A stretch of 64,000 bases of DNA from a virus. The position numbers and the translations under genes are program-made. The stretch lies in the IMG/VR virus record IMGVR_UViG_3300044632_000653, one strand, 5' to 3'. Each line of letters begins with the position of its first letter. Within the stretch, counting starts at the first letter, position 1. Below, piece after piece: positions 38,121 to 48,274 of this stretch. The notes beneath the pieces were generated by a model, which worked only from the letters and a program-made list of their open reading frames with translations, searched no databases and was not told where the DNA came from.

Positions 38121-38797
38121 CCAAGACAAAGATCAAGATCAGTCCCGAGACGCTGAACATCCTCAAGAACTTCGCCACCATCAACAGCAACCTCCATGTG
38201 AAGGTGGGAAGCACCATCAACACGGTGTCTCCGTCCAAGACCGTACTCGCCGAGGCACAGGTCAAGGAGGCGTTCGACACGGAGTTCGGCATTTGGGACA
38301 TGGGCAAGTTCCTCTCGGTGGTTAGCCTGTTCAAGGACCCCGAGTTTGAGTTTGAGTCCACGCATGTCTTGGTCGGGGACTCAGGCAAGGCTTCCGTCAA
38401 GTACTACTTCAGCGACCCGAGCCTCCTCACCAAGGAGGACAGGAAGATCGTGATGCCGAAGGTCTCGGTGTCCTTCCAACTGACCAAGGACGATCTCGGC
38501 TCCCTGATGAAGGCTGCGTCCGTCCTACAGGCTCCCGACATGTGCGTCGAGGCTTGCGGTGAAGGCATCTGCCTCCGTGTCTGCGACAAGAAGGACCCGA
38601 CTGCGCACAGTTGGTCCCTCGGGATCGACAGCACCGAACACAACGGTTCGTTCCGCTCTTGGTTCAAGGTGGAGAACCTCAAGATGATCCCCGCAGACTA
38701 CTCGGTGGAAATCGGCGAGAAGCGTGTCGCCAAGTTCACGGGTGCGGCGGTCTCCTATTGGGTCGCCATGGAATCCGACAGCAGCAACAAGGCTTGA
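38117..38797 (+). CDS. gp45: Sliding clamp (T4 gp45-like)
   Basis: ETLNILKNFATINS, FGIWDMGKFL; synteny with gp44/gp62. Confidence 0.92.
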   Translation: MTKTKIKISPETLNILKNFATINSNLHVKVGSTINTVSPSKTVLAEAQVKEAFDTEFGIWDMGKFLSVVSLFKDPEFEFESTHVLVGDSGKASVKYYFSDPSLLTKEDRKIVMPKVSVSFQLTKDDLGSLMKAASVLQAPDMCVEACGEGICLRVCDKKDPTAHSWSLGIDSTEHNGSFRSWFKVENLKMIPADYSVEIGEKRVAKFTGAAVSYWVAMESDSSNKA

Positions 38798-38798
38798 C

Positions 38799-39731
38799 AT
38801 GAAAGACCTCCTCGTAGAGAAGTACCGACCGAAGAAGGTCTCGGACTGCGTCCTCCCAAAGGGACTGTCCGAGACCTTCTCGGATATCGTGAAGTCGGGA
38901 GACATCCCGAACATGATCCTGTGCGGCGGCGCAGGGTGCGGCAAGACCACGGTCGCCCGAGCCATATGCGACGAGTTGGGGAGGGACCTCCTCTTCATCA
39001 ACGCATCGGAGGACGGCGGCATCGACACCCTGCGGACACGGATCAGGCAGTTCGCCTCTTCCGTCTCCCTCAACGGGGGTGTCAAGGTTGTCGTGCTTGA
39101 CGAAGCCGACTATCTGAACCCGCAGTCCACCCAACCCGCCCTCCGTGGATTCATGGAGGAGTTCGGGTCGAACTGCCGATTCATCCTCACCTGCAACTTC
39201 AAGAACAGGATCATCGAACCCCTGCACAGCCGATGCACGGTCATCGACTTCAGGATCCCTGCCAAGGAAAAGACCCACATGGGTCAGGAGTTCTTTGAGC
39301 GGCTCAAGGGGATCCTCAAGGCAGAGGGCATCGAATACGACGCTCCCGTCTTGGCTCAACTCATCATCAAGCACTTCCCCGATTTCCGCCGTGTCCTCAA
39401 CGAGGTGCAGCGGTACTCGGTGTCGGGCTCGGTCGATGCGGGGATCCTCGTCACATCGGACATCGCCATGGATTCGCTCGTCAAGGCACTCAAGGCGAAG
39501 TCCTTTGGAGACATCCGCAAGTGGGTCGTGGAGAACTCGGACAAGGACATGGCGCATGTCTTCCGCAGGATCTACGAGACCATGCTCGACTCGTTGCAGC
39601 CCTCGTCGGTCCCACAGGCTGTCATCACCCTGTCGGAGTACCAATACAAGTCTGCCTTCGCCGCCGATCAGGAACTCAACCTCGCCGCCTGTTGCGTGGT
39701 GCTTGCCTCGGAATGCACCTTCAAAGCCTAA
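38799..39731 (+). CDS. gp44: Clamp loader large subunit (T4 gp44-like)
   Basis: VEKYRP, GGAGCGKTT, LDEAD, LHSRC. Confidence 0.95.
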   Translation: MKDLLVEKYRPKKVSDCVLPKGLSETFSDIVKSGDIPNMILCGGAGCGKTTVARAICDELGRDLLFINASEDGGIDTLRTRIRQFASSVSLNGGVKVVVLDEADYLNPQSTQPALRGFMEEFGSNCRFILTCNFKNRIIEPLHSRCTVIDFRIPAKEKTHMGQEFFERLKGILKAEGIEYDAPVLAQLIIKHFPDFRRVLNEVQRYSVSGSVDAGILVTSDIAMDSLVKALKAKSFGDIRKWVVENSDKDMAHVFRRIYETMLDSLQPSSVPQAVITLSEYQYKSAFAADQELNLAACCVVLASECTFKA

Positions 39732-39757
39732 ATACGGGCGACGAAGGGGGGCATCCG

Positions 39758-40489
39758 ATGGTCGTGAAGAGCCTCAATGATCTGTCGATTTCGATCCATG
39801 AGATCGGTCAGCGGTATCAGATCCAATCCTACATCGAAGAGTTTCGGCAGTCGCTCGGCGAGGAGGTCGGGGACAGGTTTTGGGATGACTTCGACTCCAC
39901 GGTCAGGACCGTCTCCGTTGGCGAGGTGGTCAATCCTTTGGAGAAGATCATGCTGCTGTCGAGCATGATCACCGACGATCAGTTGGAGAAGGTTTCCAAG
40001 ATCAACCAACGCCTTGAGAGGAAGTACTCGTACAGCGGCTTCATCAAGGAATGCAGCAACGCCCGACAGACATTCCTGCGTGAGCGGCACAACTACTTCT
40101 CCACCAAGGTCGCCAAGAAGCACTCCGACGAAAGCGGCAACGGAGGTCTCGGGACCTATTTCGATGTCACGGGGATGACCGATGTCATGCTCGCCGAGTG
40201 GCTCGACGCAGCCCTGTCTGCGGTGTACCCGAACCACATCGACATCGAATACGAGGACATGGGTGGGAAGCGCATCAAGACCAAGATCGCCCACCGAGTG
40301 TGTGTGGTCGGTAGGGATTATGTCGAAGCCCCCCTGATCGACCGATACCACGGGTCGAACGCCTACGACCAATTCCTCCTGCACAGCGTCTACGACATCA
40401 AGAAGCACAAGTGGATCTATGTCCCCATGCGGCTGATCGTCAGCCTCAAGTCGGATGACATCGACCTAGACGGCGTGAATATCCCATGA
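39758..40489 (+). CDS. Hypothetical protein inserted between gp44 and gp62
   Basis: Own TAAATA at 39729. Confidence 0.65.
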   Translation: MVVKSLNDLSISIHEIGQRYQIQSYIEEFRQSLGEEVGDRFWDDFDSTVRTVSVGEVVNPLEKIMLLSSMITDDQLEKVSKINQRLERKYSYSGFIKECSNARQTFLRERHNYFSTKVAKKHSDESGNGGLGTYFDVTGMTDVMLAEWLDAALSAVYPNHIDIEYEDMGGKRIKTKIAHRVCVVGRDYVEAPLIDRYHGSNAYDQFLLHSVYDIKKHKWIYVPMRLIVSLKSDDIDLDGVNIP

Positions 40490-40878
40490 GCCAACGACTC
40501 TCCCCCTTCGATTTCATCAAGAGCATCAACGAGAAGTCGGGCAACCTCATGGAGGTCAGCCCCGATGTCGAGCGGGACTACATCCCGTTCATGGTCAACA
40601 GGGGGCTGTCGTTCAGCCCCGACACGGTCCTGTATGCCAACGAGATGAATCGTCTCCCCTTCACCGAAAGGCGCATGCAGTACGACTACCTCTACGCCTC
40701 GGTCAGGCGCAGGAAGCGTTTCGACAAGTGGGTCAAGCCCGAGGAGAAGGACGAGGAACTCGTACAGTCGGTGATGGCTCGGTACGGGATTGGTAGGAAA
40801 CGGGCTGACGAATACATCTCGCTCCTAGACCAAGAGGCACGGGAGAAGATCCTCAAGGCTAGGGGAGGATCACGCTAA
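40486..40878 (+). CDS. gp62: Clamp loader small subunit (T4 gp62-like)
   Basis: YIPFMVNRGLS, YANEMN, RRRKRFDKW. Confidence 0.9.
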   Translation: MSQRLSPFDFIKSINEKSGNLMEVSPDVERDYIPFMVNRGLSFSPDTVLYANEMNRLPFTERRMQYDYLYASVRRRKRFDKWVKPEEKDEELVQSVMARYGIGRKRADEYISLLDQEAREKILKARGGSR

Positions 40879-40902
40879 ATACTCCAAACAGAGTTATGAC
40901 CC

Positions 40903-41337
40903 GTGAATGAGATCGTGGACAAACTAGTCGAGGTCACCCTACCGAGCCCCGATGCCTTCCTCAAAGTCAGAGAGACCCTCACTCGGATAGGCATCTCGGC
41001 GAAGGAGGGGAAAAAACTGTGGCAGTCCTGCCATATTTTGCACAAGAGAGGTCGATATTACATCGTCCACTTCAAGGAACTGTTCCTATTGGACGGTCTC
41101 TCCACCGACTTCTCCGAGTCTGACAGGGCTCGTCGCAACACGATCACAGGTCTGCTAGAGCAATGGGGTCTCATCAAGGTCGTTGATCCGACCCGCATCA
41201 AGGAGCCGACCTGCTCCATCGGGCACTTCAAGATCCTGCCTCACTCGCAGAAAGCCGAGTGGGAACTCATACCCAAGTACAGGATCGGTCTCCGCAAAAA
41301 GCGTGAGGGATCCGATCCACCCTCCGAACCCGACTGA
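40903..41337 (+). CDS. regA: Translational repressor RegA
   Basis: FLKVRETLTRIGI...CHILHKRGRYYIVHFKELF. Confidence 0.95.
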   Translation: MNEIVDKLVEVTLPSPDAFLKVRETLTRIGISAKEGKKLWQSCHILHKRGRYYIVHFKELFLLDGLSTDFSESDRARRNTITGLLEQWGLIKVVDPTRIKEPTCSIGHFKILPHSQKAEWELIPKYRIGLRKKREGSDPPSEPD

Positions 41338-41351
41338 ATCGATTCTTTATT

Positions 41352-41885
41352 ATGAACTGCGTGATCCTCGGCTACAAGAAACTGCATCCCGAAGCCTTCG
41401 CTCCCGTCTATGCGACGGAGGACTCGGCGTGTTTCGACATCCGTCTCTGTCTACCCGCAGGTTACAGGGATGTCGATGTTTGGACACAGTCGAACATGCC
41501 GTCGAAGGCGTGGGCTTGGTTGGAGCAGCCCGACCAACCTCCCACGCTGACCGTCCAACCTGGCGACAGGGTCCTGTTGCCGACCAAACTGATCCTCGAC
41601 ATCCCCAAGGGCTACTCCGTGCGGCTGCACATGCGCTCGGGACTCGCCCTCAAGAGCGGTCTGATGCTCTCCAACTGCGAGGGTGTCATCGACTCCGACT
41701 ACACGCAGGAACTGATGGTTCCCGTAACGAACACAAGCAAGGCAACTCTTGCGCTTCGGCACGGTGATCGCATCTGCCAAGGCGAAATTGTGGAGAAGAT
41801 CTCAACGGTCTTCTGCCAAGTGGACGATGTGATTGACAGAGGGACCACCCGCAACGGGGGCTTCGGCTCGACAGGAAAGGCATGA
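41352..41885 (+). CDS. dut: dUTPase
   Basis: RSGLA, GVIDSDY, GDRICQ, RNGGFGSTG. Confidence 0.95.
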   Translation: MNCVILGYKKLHPEAFAPVYATEDSACFDIRLCLPAGYRDVDVWTQSNMPSKAWAWLEQPDQPPTLTVQPGDRVLLPTKLILDIPKGYSVRLHMRSGLALKSGLMLSNCEGVIDSDYTQELMVPVTNTSKATLALRHGDRICQGEIVEKISTVFCQVDDVIDRGTTRNGGFGSTGKA

Positions 41886-41889
41886 CGAG

Positions 41890-42333
41890 ATGAACAGAGA
41901 AGAACTCCTAAAGAACCACGAACGCCTCTGCGGGATGGCACTTGACCTGATGAAGAGGAAAAACCACGACTACGCAGGTCGTGGAGGCGAGTCGCCGTTC
42001 GCTAACTTCACCCGATGCGAGGCTATGGGCATCTGCTCCACCGAGCAGGGTTTCCTCGTCCGTCTCACGGACAAGATGTCACGCCTGTCATCCTTCATCG
42101 AAGCGGGTACCCTACAGGTCAAGGACGAGTCCGTCGAGGACACGATCCTTGATGTCATCAACTACGCCGTCCTGTTCCAATCCTACCTCCAAGAAAAGAA
42201 GGAGAAGATCCATGAGAGTCCCGTCAACGCTTCTCACAACGGTGTTCATCTCAACGATCATCATCGGAACGGCAGGGTTCAGCGAACCCTCAGCGTGGGG
42301 TACATCTCCCACCACGGTCTCGGCTCGGATTGA
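41890..42333 (+). CDS. Nucleotide-modification-associated (DUF1599/Nmad1-like) protein
   Basis: KNHDYAG, RLTDKMSR, ESVEDTILDVINYA. Confidence 0.7.
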   Translation: MNREELLKNHERLCGMALDLMKRKNHDYAGRGGESPFANFTRCEAMGICSTEQGFLVRLTDKMSRLSSFIEAGTLQVKDESVEDTILDVINYAVLFQSYLQEKKEKIHESPVNASHNGVHLNDHHRNGRVQRTLSVGYISHHGLGSD

Positions 42334-42703
42334 CAGCAATGTCGATCTGATCCTCCCTGCATTGGCGAAGGTCGAGTCGAGCAACAACCCCAACGCCGTG
42401 GGCGATGGCGGAAAGGCAATCGGGATCTATCAGATCCATTGGGCGTATTGGAAGGACGCAACGGACCACGACAAGTCCATCGGCGGCTCCTATCGGGATT
42501 GCTTCGATCCCGTCTACGCAGAGAAGATCGTTCGTGCCTACCTCGCACGGTACGCACCGAAGAATGCGACTCTTGAACAACTCGCCCGTATCCACAACGG
42601 AGGCGGGATGATCCTCAAGAAGCAGCATTCGACCAAGGAGAAGGACAAGAAGGCGTGGAAGAACACCACCGCCTATTGGAACAAGGTGAAGAAGGAACTG
42701 TGA
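42212..42703 (+). CDS. Lysozyme-fold enzyme (i-type/destabilase-like) with an N-terminal hydrophobic segment
   Basis: VESSNN..AVGDGG.A.G.YQI..YW.D, ARIHNGG. Confidence 0.75.
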   Translation: MRVPSTLLTTVFISTIIIGTAGFSEPSAWGTSPTTVSARIDSNVDLILPALAKVESSNNPNAVGDGGKAIGIYQIHWAYWKDATDHDKSIGGSYRDCFDPVYAEKIVRAYLARYAPKNATLEQLARIHNGGGMILKKQHSTKEKDKKAWKNTTAYWNKVKKEL

Positions 42704-43131
42704 TGCCGAAGATCGTGTTGGTGACGGGAGGGTTCGATCCCCTCCACTCGGGACATCTCTCGTACCTCAAGGCTGCGAGTGAGTTGGGTGACCGCCTCGT
42801 AGTGGGAGTGAACTCGGACGCATGGCTCACCCGAAAGAAGGGCAAGCCGTTCCTCCCGTTCTCGGAGAGGGCGCAGATCGTGGAGGCGATCAGATGGGTC
42901 TGCCACACGATCCCGTTCAACGACGATGACGGCAGCGCAAAGGCAGCGATCCTCGCCACCCGAAGGATGTATCCCGATTGGCACATCGTATTCGCCAACG
43001 GAGGCGACAGGACCCAAGAGAACATCCCCGAGATGAATGTGGACGATGCGAACATCTCCTTCATCTTCGGTGTCGGCGGCGAGGACAAGCGGAACTCCTC
43101 AAGTTGGATCCTCAAGACATGGCAAGGATGA
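42703..43131 (+). CDS. Cytidylyltransferase (TagD/RfaE-like)
   Basis: GGFDPLHSGH, NSD.WL.RKK, FANGGDR. Confidence 0.9.
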   Translation: MPKIVLVTGGFDPLHSGHLSYLKAASELGDRLVVGVNSDAWLTRKKGKPFLPFSERAQIVEAIRWVCHTIPFNDDDGSAKAAILATRRMYPDWHIVFANGGDRTQENIPEMNVDDANISFIFGVGGEDKRNSSSWILKTWQG

Positions 43132-43135
43132 CTGC

Positions 43136-43882
43136 GTGACCTCGGAGATCCACCACAACGAGGCTCTCATATTCCTTGAAGCCGAGCCATCCGAGAAGTA
43201 CGACTTCGTCTATCTCGACCCACCGTACTACTGTCAGAGGGACTTCTCGGAGTTCAACGACAGGTGGTCGGGTATTGACGAGTACATGGGCATGCTCTCG
43301 CCTGTGTTCAGCGAGGTGCGCCGTGTCCTCAAGCCGCACGGCAACATCTGCATCCATGTGGATTGGCATGCCGCCCATCATGTGCGCCTCTGCCTAGACC
43401 GAGCGTTCGGTGAGGGCAACTTCCGCAACGAGATCATTTGGTGCTACGCCTCGGGTGGGGCATCGAAGCGTCACTTCTCACGGAAGCACGACAACCTGTT
43501 CGTCTATGCCAAGGATGCCGACCTCTGCCGTTTCAACCTGATCCGTGAGCCGTATCCCCGTGACTACGGCGACAGGGAGGGCTTCCACCCTGACGGTCGA
43601 ATAATGAACGATTGGTGGCAGATCGGGATCCTGTCCACGACCGCCAAGGAGCGGAACGGGTATCCGACGCAGAAACCATTGGAACTTCTTGAGCGTCTGA
43701 TGAAAGCCTACACGAATGGAGGCGATCTAGTCCTTGACCCCATGTGCGGCTCGGGCACCACTTTAGAGGCGGCGTTGCGTCTCGGCAGAAGTTCAGTCGG
43801 AGTGGATAAGAACCCTGCGGCGGTTTCGACCGCCAAGGCAAGGGTCGAGCGGTGCGTGGGTCTGAACGGACTCATGGAATGA
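43136..43882 (+). CDS. DNA N6-A/N4-C methyltransferase (beta class)
   Basis: LDPPY, YPTQKP, DPMCGSGTT. Confidence 0.9.
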   Translation: MTSEIHHNEALIFLEAEPSEKYDFVYLDPPYYCQRDFSEFNDRWSGIDEYMGMLSPVFSEVRRVLKPHGNICIHVDWHAAHHVRLCLDRAFGEGNFRNEIIWCYASGGASKRHFSRKHDNLFVYAKDADLCRFNLIREPYPRDYGDREGFHPDGRIMNDWWQIGILSTTAKERNGYPTQKPLELLERLMKAYTNGGDLVLDPMCGSGTTLEAALRLGRSSVGVDKNPAAVSTAKARVERCVGLNGLME

Positions 43883-44946
43883 CCGAAGACTCCCGCTACC
43901 GCATCATCGAAGGCGACTGCATCAAGGGAATGAAGACGCTGCCTGACTGCTGCGTTCACACCTGCATCACCTCGCCGCCGTACTTCGGACTTCGTGACTA
44001 CGGCAAGGAAGATCAGATCGGTCTTGAGGAGACTCCCGATCAATATGTCGCCAAGATGGTCGAGGTGTTTCGTGAGGTTCGGAGGGTTCTCCGTGACGAT
44101 GGAACCGTGTGGCTGAACTTGGGTGACTCGTACTCCGCAGGAGGCAGGGGCAAGGGACAGGATGGAAGCATCCAACAGGGAAACAAGGGTTCCATGACGG
44201 GAGCCGTGTTCAACTCATGGAAGGTCGAAGGCTTCAAGAACAAGAACCTCTTGGGCATTCCTTGGCGTGTAGCCTTTGGTTTACAGGCTGACGGTTGGTA
44301 CTTGAGGCAGGACATCATTTGGTCGAAGCCAAACCCGATGCCCGAGTCTGTGACCGACCGTTGCACCAAGTCACATGAGTACATATTCCTCCTCACCAAG
44401 TCGCAGAAGTACTACTACGACTATGAGGCGATCAAGGAGCCACTTGCTGAAGCATCGTTCGGTGGTATTGGCGGCAAACGCAACAAGCGTTCCGTTTGGA
44501 CTGTGACCACCAAGCCGTTCCGTGGAGCGCACTTCGCCACCTTCCCGAAGGACTTGATCGAACCTTGTGTCCTTGCAGGTACGAGCGCACATGGGTGTTG
44601 CTCCAAGTGCGGTCAACCATACGAGCGTGTGATGGAGAAGACGGGCGAGTTCCAACGCCGTTGGTCAACCAACAACGCAGAAGGCTCTCCCTACGAGACT
44701 CAGTCGAGCATGCAGAAAACCTACAGGACTGCGGGATGGTCTGTCGATTGTCCCTGTGGATGCAGCGCACCCGTAGTCCCCTGCACGGTGCTTGATCCGT
44801 TCACGGGCAGCGGAACCACCTGTGTCGTGGCGTTGAACCACGGCAGGAAGTTCATCGGCACCGAGTTGAACCCCGAGTACATCAAGATCGCAACCGACAG
44901 GATCGCCGACGAGGCACCGATGAACCTCATGGATGTGATGGTGTGA
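43879..44946 (+). CDS. DNA N4-C/N6-A methyltransferase (beta class)
   Basis: TSPPY, HFATFP, DPFTGSGTT. Confidence 0.9.
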   Translation: MTEDSRYRIIEGDCIKGMKTLPDCCVHTCITSPPYFGLRDYGKEDQIGLEETPDQYVAKMVEVFREVRRVLRDDGTVWLNLGDSYSAGGRGKGQDGSIQQGNKGSMTGAVFNSWKVEGFKNKNLLGIPWRVAFGLQADGWYLRQDIIWSKPNPMPESVTDRCTKSHEYIFLLTKSQKYYYDYEAIKEPLAEASFGGIGGKRNKRSVWTVTTKPFRGAHFATFPKDLIEPCVLAGTSAHGCCSKCGQPYERVMEKTGEFQRRWSTNNAEGSPYETQSSMQKTYRTAGWSVDCPCGCSAPVVPCTVLDPFTGSGTTCVVALNHGRKFIGTELNPEYIKIATDRIADEAPMNLMDVMV

Positions 44947-47477
44947 AGCCTTTCTACACCGCCGTCAACACCAAGGGCAGCAGGATCCTCCACAGAGGGT
45001 ACGACGAGAGCGGTCGGAGGCTCCATGAGTCGCTGACATTTCGACCCACGCTCTTCGTGACCACGGGCAAGCCGAAGCCCTCGTCGTGGAGGACAATCGA
45101 CGGCAAGGCTGTCGATCCCGTGGACTTCGACACCATGTACGAGGCTAGGCAGTTCTCCTCGGAGTACCGTGGTGTCGGCGGTCTCGGGGTCTACGGCGAC
45201 ATCGACTCGGAGTTTCAGTTCATCGCAGACAGGTACGGCAGCGAGGGGGAGATGCCATACGATCCCTCGGTGATCCGTGTCCTGTCCCTCGATATTGAGG
45301 TCGAGAGCGAGGATGGATTCCCATCCGTTGACGATCCCCGAGAGAGGGTGAACGCCATCACGCTCATCCAAGGGAGCAAGGTCCACGCTCTCGGGCTCGG
45401 CGACTTCTCCGTCGATGGAGTGACATGCCACTCGTTCAACGACGAGGCAAGTCTCCTCCACCGATTCCTCGACCTGTGGGAGGAACTCGACCCTGACATC
45501 ATCACGGGATGGAACGCCCAATTCTACGACATCCCGTACCTGTACAACAGGATCAGCAGGGTGCTTGGGAGCAAGGCGGTGAAGCGATTGTCCCCGTGGG
45601 GCGAGATCCGCACCCGCAAGGTGGTCGTGATGGACAGGGAGAATCAGGTCTACGACCTCGCAGGTATCTCCATACTCGACTACTACGACCTCTACAGGAA
45701 GTTCACCTTCGTGACCCGTGAGTCGTACAAGTTGCAGCACATCGCAATGATCGAACTCGGCGAGGGCAAGATCGACTACTCGGATGTGGGAACCCTCTCG
45801 GACCTGTACAAGCAGGACTTTCAGAGGTTCATGGAGTACAACATCAAGGACACCAGACTTGTCATCCAACTAGAGGACAAGTTGAGGCTGATCGAACTCG
45901 CCCAAGCCCTTGCGTACAGCGCACGGACGAACCTTGACGATGTCTTCTCGCAGGTGCGGATGTGGGACAGCATCATCTACCACTACCTGCGGACGAAGAG
46001 GATCGCCATCCCCCCGAAGCCATCGGTCGAGAAGCGTGAGCAGTTCGCAGGGGCGTATGTCAAGGAGCCGAAGCCGAACACCTACGAATGGGTGGCATCC
46101 TTCGACCTCGACAGCCTCTATCCGCACCTCATCATGCAGTACAACCTGTCCCCCGAGACCCTTGTCGAGGAGAGGATCCCCGACATGACTGCGGACACCC
46201 TCCTCGCCGAACCCGAGAGGTTCACGGGCGCACTCGCACGGGCGCACGGGGAGAACCTCTCCGTGGCGGGGAACGGAACCATGTACCGCAGGGACATCCA
46301 TGGATTCCTGCCCGAACTCATGGAGACGATGTACAGGCAGCGCAAGGAATACAAGAGGCTCTCGGTGGATGCCAAGGGGTGGCTCAAGAAGAACGCCGAC
46401 ACCGCCTCGCCGCAGCAGGTCCTTGAGAAGAAGAAGGAAGTCAGCAAGTACCACAACTTCCAACTCGTCCGCAAGGTTCAGTTGAACAGCGCATTCGGTG
46501 CGATGGGGAACCAGTACTTCCGCTACTACGACCTTCGCATCGCAGAAGCGATCACATGGTCGGGCAAGTTGTCGATCAAGTGGATCGAACAGAAGTTGAA
46601 CCGCTTCCTCAACAAGACATGTGGCACCGAGTCCCACGACTATGTGATCGCATCGGACACCGACTCGGTCTACCTCCATCTCGGTCCATTGGTCTCCAAG
46701 GTGGTGGGCGACAAGCCCCCGAAGGAGACCGTGCAGTTCCTCAACAAGTCCTGCAACGAGATCATCCTGCCCCGCATCTCCAAGTGGTACGGGGAACTGT
46801 CGGACACGATGAACGCCTATGCGAACCGCATGAGCATGAAGCGGGAGAACATCGCCATGCGTGGTCTGTGGGCGGCGAAGAAGCGGTACTGCCTCGCCGT
46901 ACACATGGGAGAGGACGATGTGTACATGGAGGAGCCCGACATCAAGGTGACGGGGCTTGAGGTCGTTCGCTCATCGACACCGCAGGTGGTTCGCAGCAGT
47001 CTCCATGAGGCTATCAGGCTGATCCTCACCTCCGACGAAGGTGCGCTGCGCTCGTTCGTGGACCGATTCCACGACGAGTTCATGTCGCTGTCGGTGCATC
47101 AGATCTCGTTCCCCCGAGGCTGCAACAACCTTGACGAGTACGCCGATGCCGCCGCCATCTACAAGAAGTCAACCCCCATCGCAGTCAAGGGCGGTCTCCT
47201 GTACAACCACCTCGTCAAGACGAAGAGGCTCACGAAGTCCTATCCTCTGATCAGGGAGGGCGACAAGATCAAGTTCTGCTACCTCAAGGAGCCGAACCCG
47301 ATCCGTGAGCATGTCATCTCCTTCGTGACCGCCCTTCCCGACGAGTTCGGCTTGGAGCAGTACATCGACAGGGAGACGCAGTTCGACAAGGCTTTCCTTG
47401 AGCCGCTCAAGAAACTGCTCGACATCGTCGGGTGGAGCGTGGAAGACAAGGCTAGCCTCGACACCCTCTTCGGCTGA
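44943..47477 (+). CDS. gp43: Family B DNA polymerase (T4 gp43-like)
   Basis: DIE exonuclease motif, DLDSLYP, KVQLNSAFG, SDTDS, KKRY. Confidence 0.97.
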   Translation: MKPFYTAVNTKGSRILHRGYDESGRRLHESLTFRPTLFVTTGKPKPSSWRTIDGKAVDPVDFDTMYEARQFSSEYRGVGGLGVYGDIDSEFQFIADRYGSEGEMPYDPSVIRVLSLDIEVESEDGFPSVDDPRERVNAITLIQGSKVHALGLGDFSVDGVTCHSFNDEASLLHRFLDLWEELDPDIITGWNAQFYDIPYLYNRISRVLGSKAVKRLSPWGEIRTRKVVVMDRENQVYDLAGISILDYYDLYRKFTFVTRESYKLQHIAMIELGEGKIDYSDVGTLSDLYKQDFQRFMEYNIKDTRLVIQLEDKLRLIELAQALAYSARTNLDDVFSQVRMWDSIIYHYLRTKRIAIPPKPSVEKREQFAGAYVKEPKPNTYEWVASFDLDSLYPHLIMQYNLSPETLVEERIPDMTADTLLAEPERFTGALARAHGENLSVAGNGTMYRRDIHGFLPELMETMYRQRKEYKRLSVDAKGWLKKNADTASPQQVLEKKKEVSKYHNFQLVRKVQLNSAFGAMGNQYFRYYDLRIAEAITWSGKLSIKWIEQKLNRFLNKTCGTESHDYVIASDTDSVYLHLGPLVSKVVGDKPPKETVQFLNKSCNEIILPRISKWYGELSDTMNAYANRMSMKRENIAMRGLWAAKKRYCLAVHMGEDDVYMEEPDIKVTGLEVVRSSTPQVVRSSLHEAIRLILTSDEGALRSFVDRFHDEFMSLSVHQISFPRGCNNLDEYADAAAIYKKSTPIAVKGGLLYNHLVKTKRLTKSYPLIREGDKIKFCYLKEPNPIREHVISFVTALPDEFGLEQYIDRETQFDKAFLEPLKKLLDIVGWSVEDKASLDTLFG

Positions 47478-47494
47478 CCGTCCTAAATACGGTC

Positions 47495-48244
47495 ATGCAG
47501 CCCATCGGCAAGTTCCTGACTAAGGATGTCCGACATCCCCATGTCCACCTGTGCTTCGATGACCACTCGGTCTCGCATTGGCACGGGACGAGGGGAATCT
47601 TGAAGCGGCACAGGGCTAGGGCGGTCTTCTATGTCGATGGATTCCATCTCCTCGGCGAGGAGGAGATCGACATGCTCCATGACCTCCGCTCCGATGGTCA
47701 TGTCATAGGTTGCCACGGAAAGATGCACCGTGACGCTCTCTCCTACAGCAAGCGGTATGGGATCGACAGGTACATCGATGACGAGGTGATCCCTGCCATG
47801 GAGGAGATGGTGGAGGCGGGATTCGACCCCACCCACTTCGCCTTCCCCTACACCAAGTTCGATGATGCCCTGTTTGCGGAGGTGGATCGGCTGTTCTGCT
47901 TCGTCCGCTCGGGAAACGAAGGGACGATTCTCTCAGGTGGCAGGACCCTGCCTCTGATGTCGATGATGGATACGCAGCGCAAACCCACGGAATCTAGGAT
48001 TCGTGGCGGGGATCTGAATGGGGCGATTGAAACAATCAGGGCAGGGGTCGAAGAAGGGGTGAGTCCTGTCATCATTTTCCACGATGTCCGACCCGTGGGC
48101 GCACCTGCGCACACGGGTACCCACGCACGGGCGCATGTGACCCCCGAGGAGTTGGACACCGTGTTGGAGGCGATCACGGACTCGGGGTACTCATACGAGA
48201 CATTCGACGGTTTGTGTGAGAGTTCCCCTGACATGGACGAGTGA
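47495..48244 (+). CDS. Polysaccharide deacetylase (CE4/NodB-like)
   Basis: LCFDD, IGCHGKMH, FAFPY, IIFH; TAAATA at 47484. Confidence 0.8.
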   Translation: MQPIGKFLTKDVRHPHVHLCFDDHSVSHWHGTRGILKRHRARAVFYVDGFHLLGEEEIDMLHDLRSDGHVIGCHGKMHRDALSYSKRYGIDRYIDDEVIPAMEEMVEAGFDPTHFAFPYTKFDDALFAEVDRLFCFVRSGNEGTILSGGRTLPLMSMMDTQRKPTESRIRGGDLNGAIETIRAGVEEGVSPVIIFHDVRPVGAPAHTGTHARAHVTPEELDTVLEAITDSGYSYETFDGLCESSPDMDE

Positions 48245-48274
48245 ACGCCTAAATCATTCTGCGAGGTCTACAAC

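Noticed and set aside
43136-44946. Complete restriction-modification system
   Set aside because: No recognisable endonuclease nearby; treated as orphan methyltransferases
44943-47477. Intron or intein in the DNA polymerase (also checked helicase and UvsX)
   Set aside because: Lengths are normal and motifs are continuous
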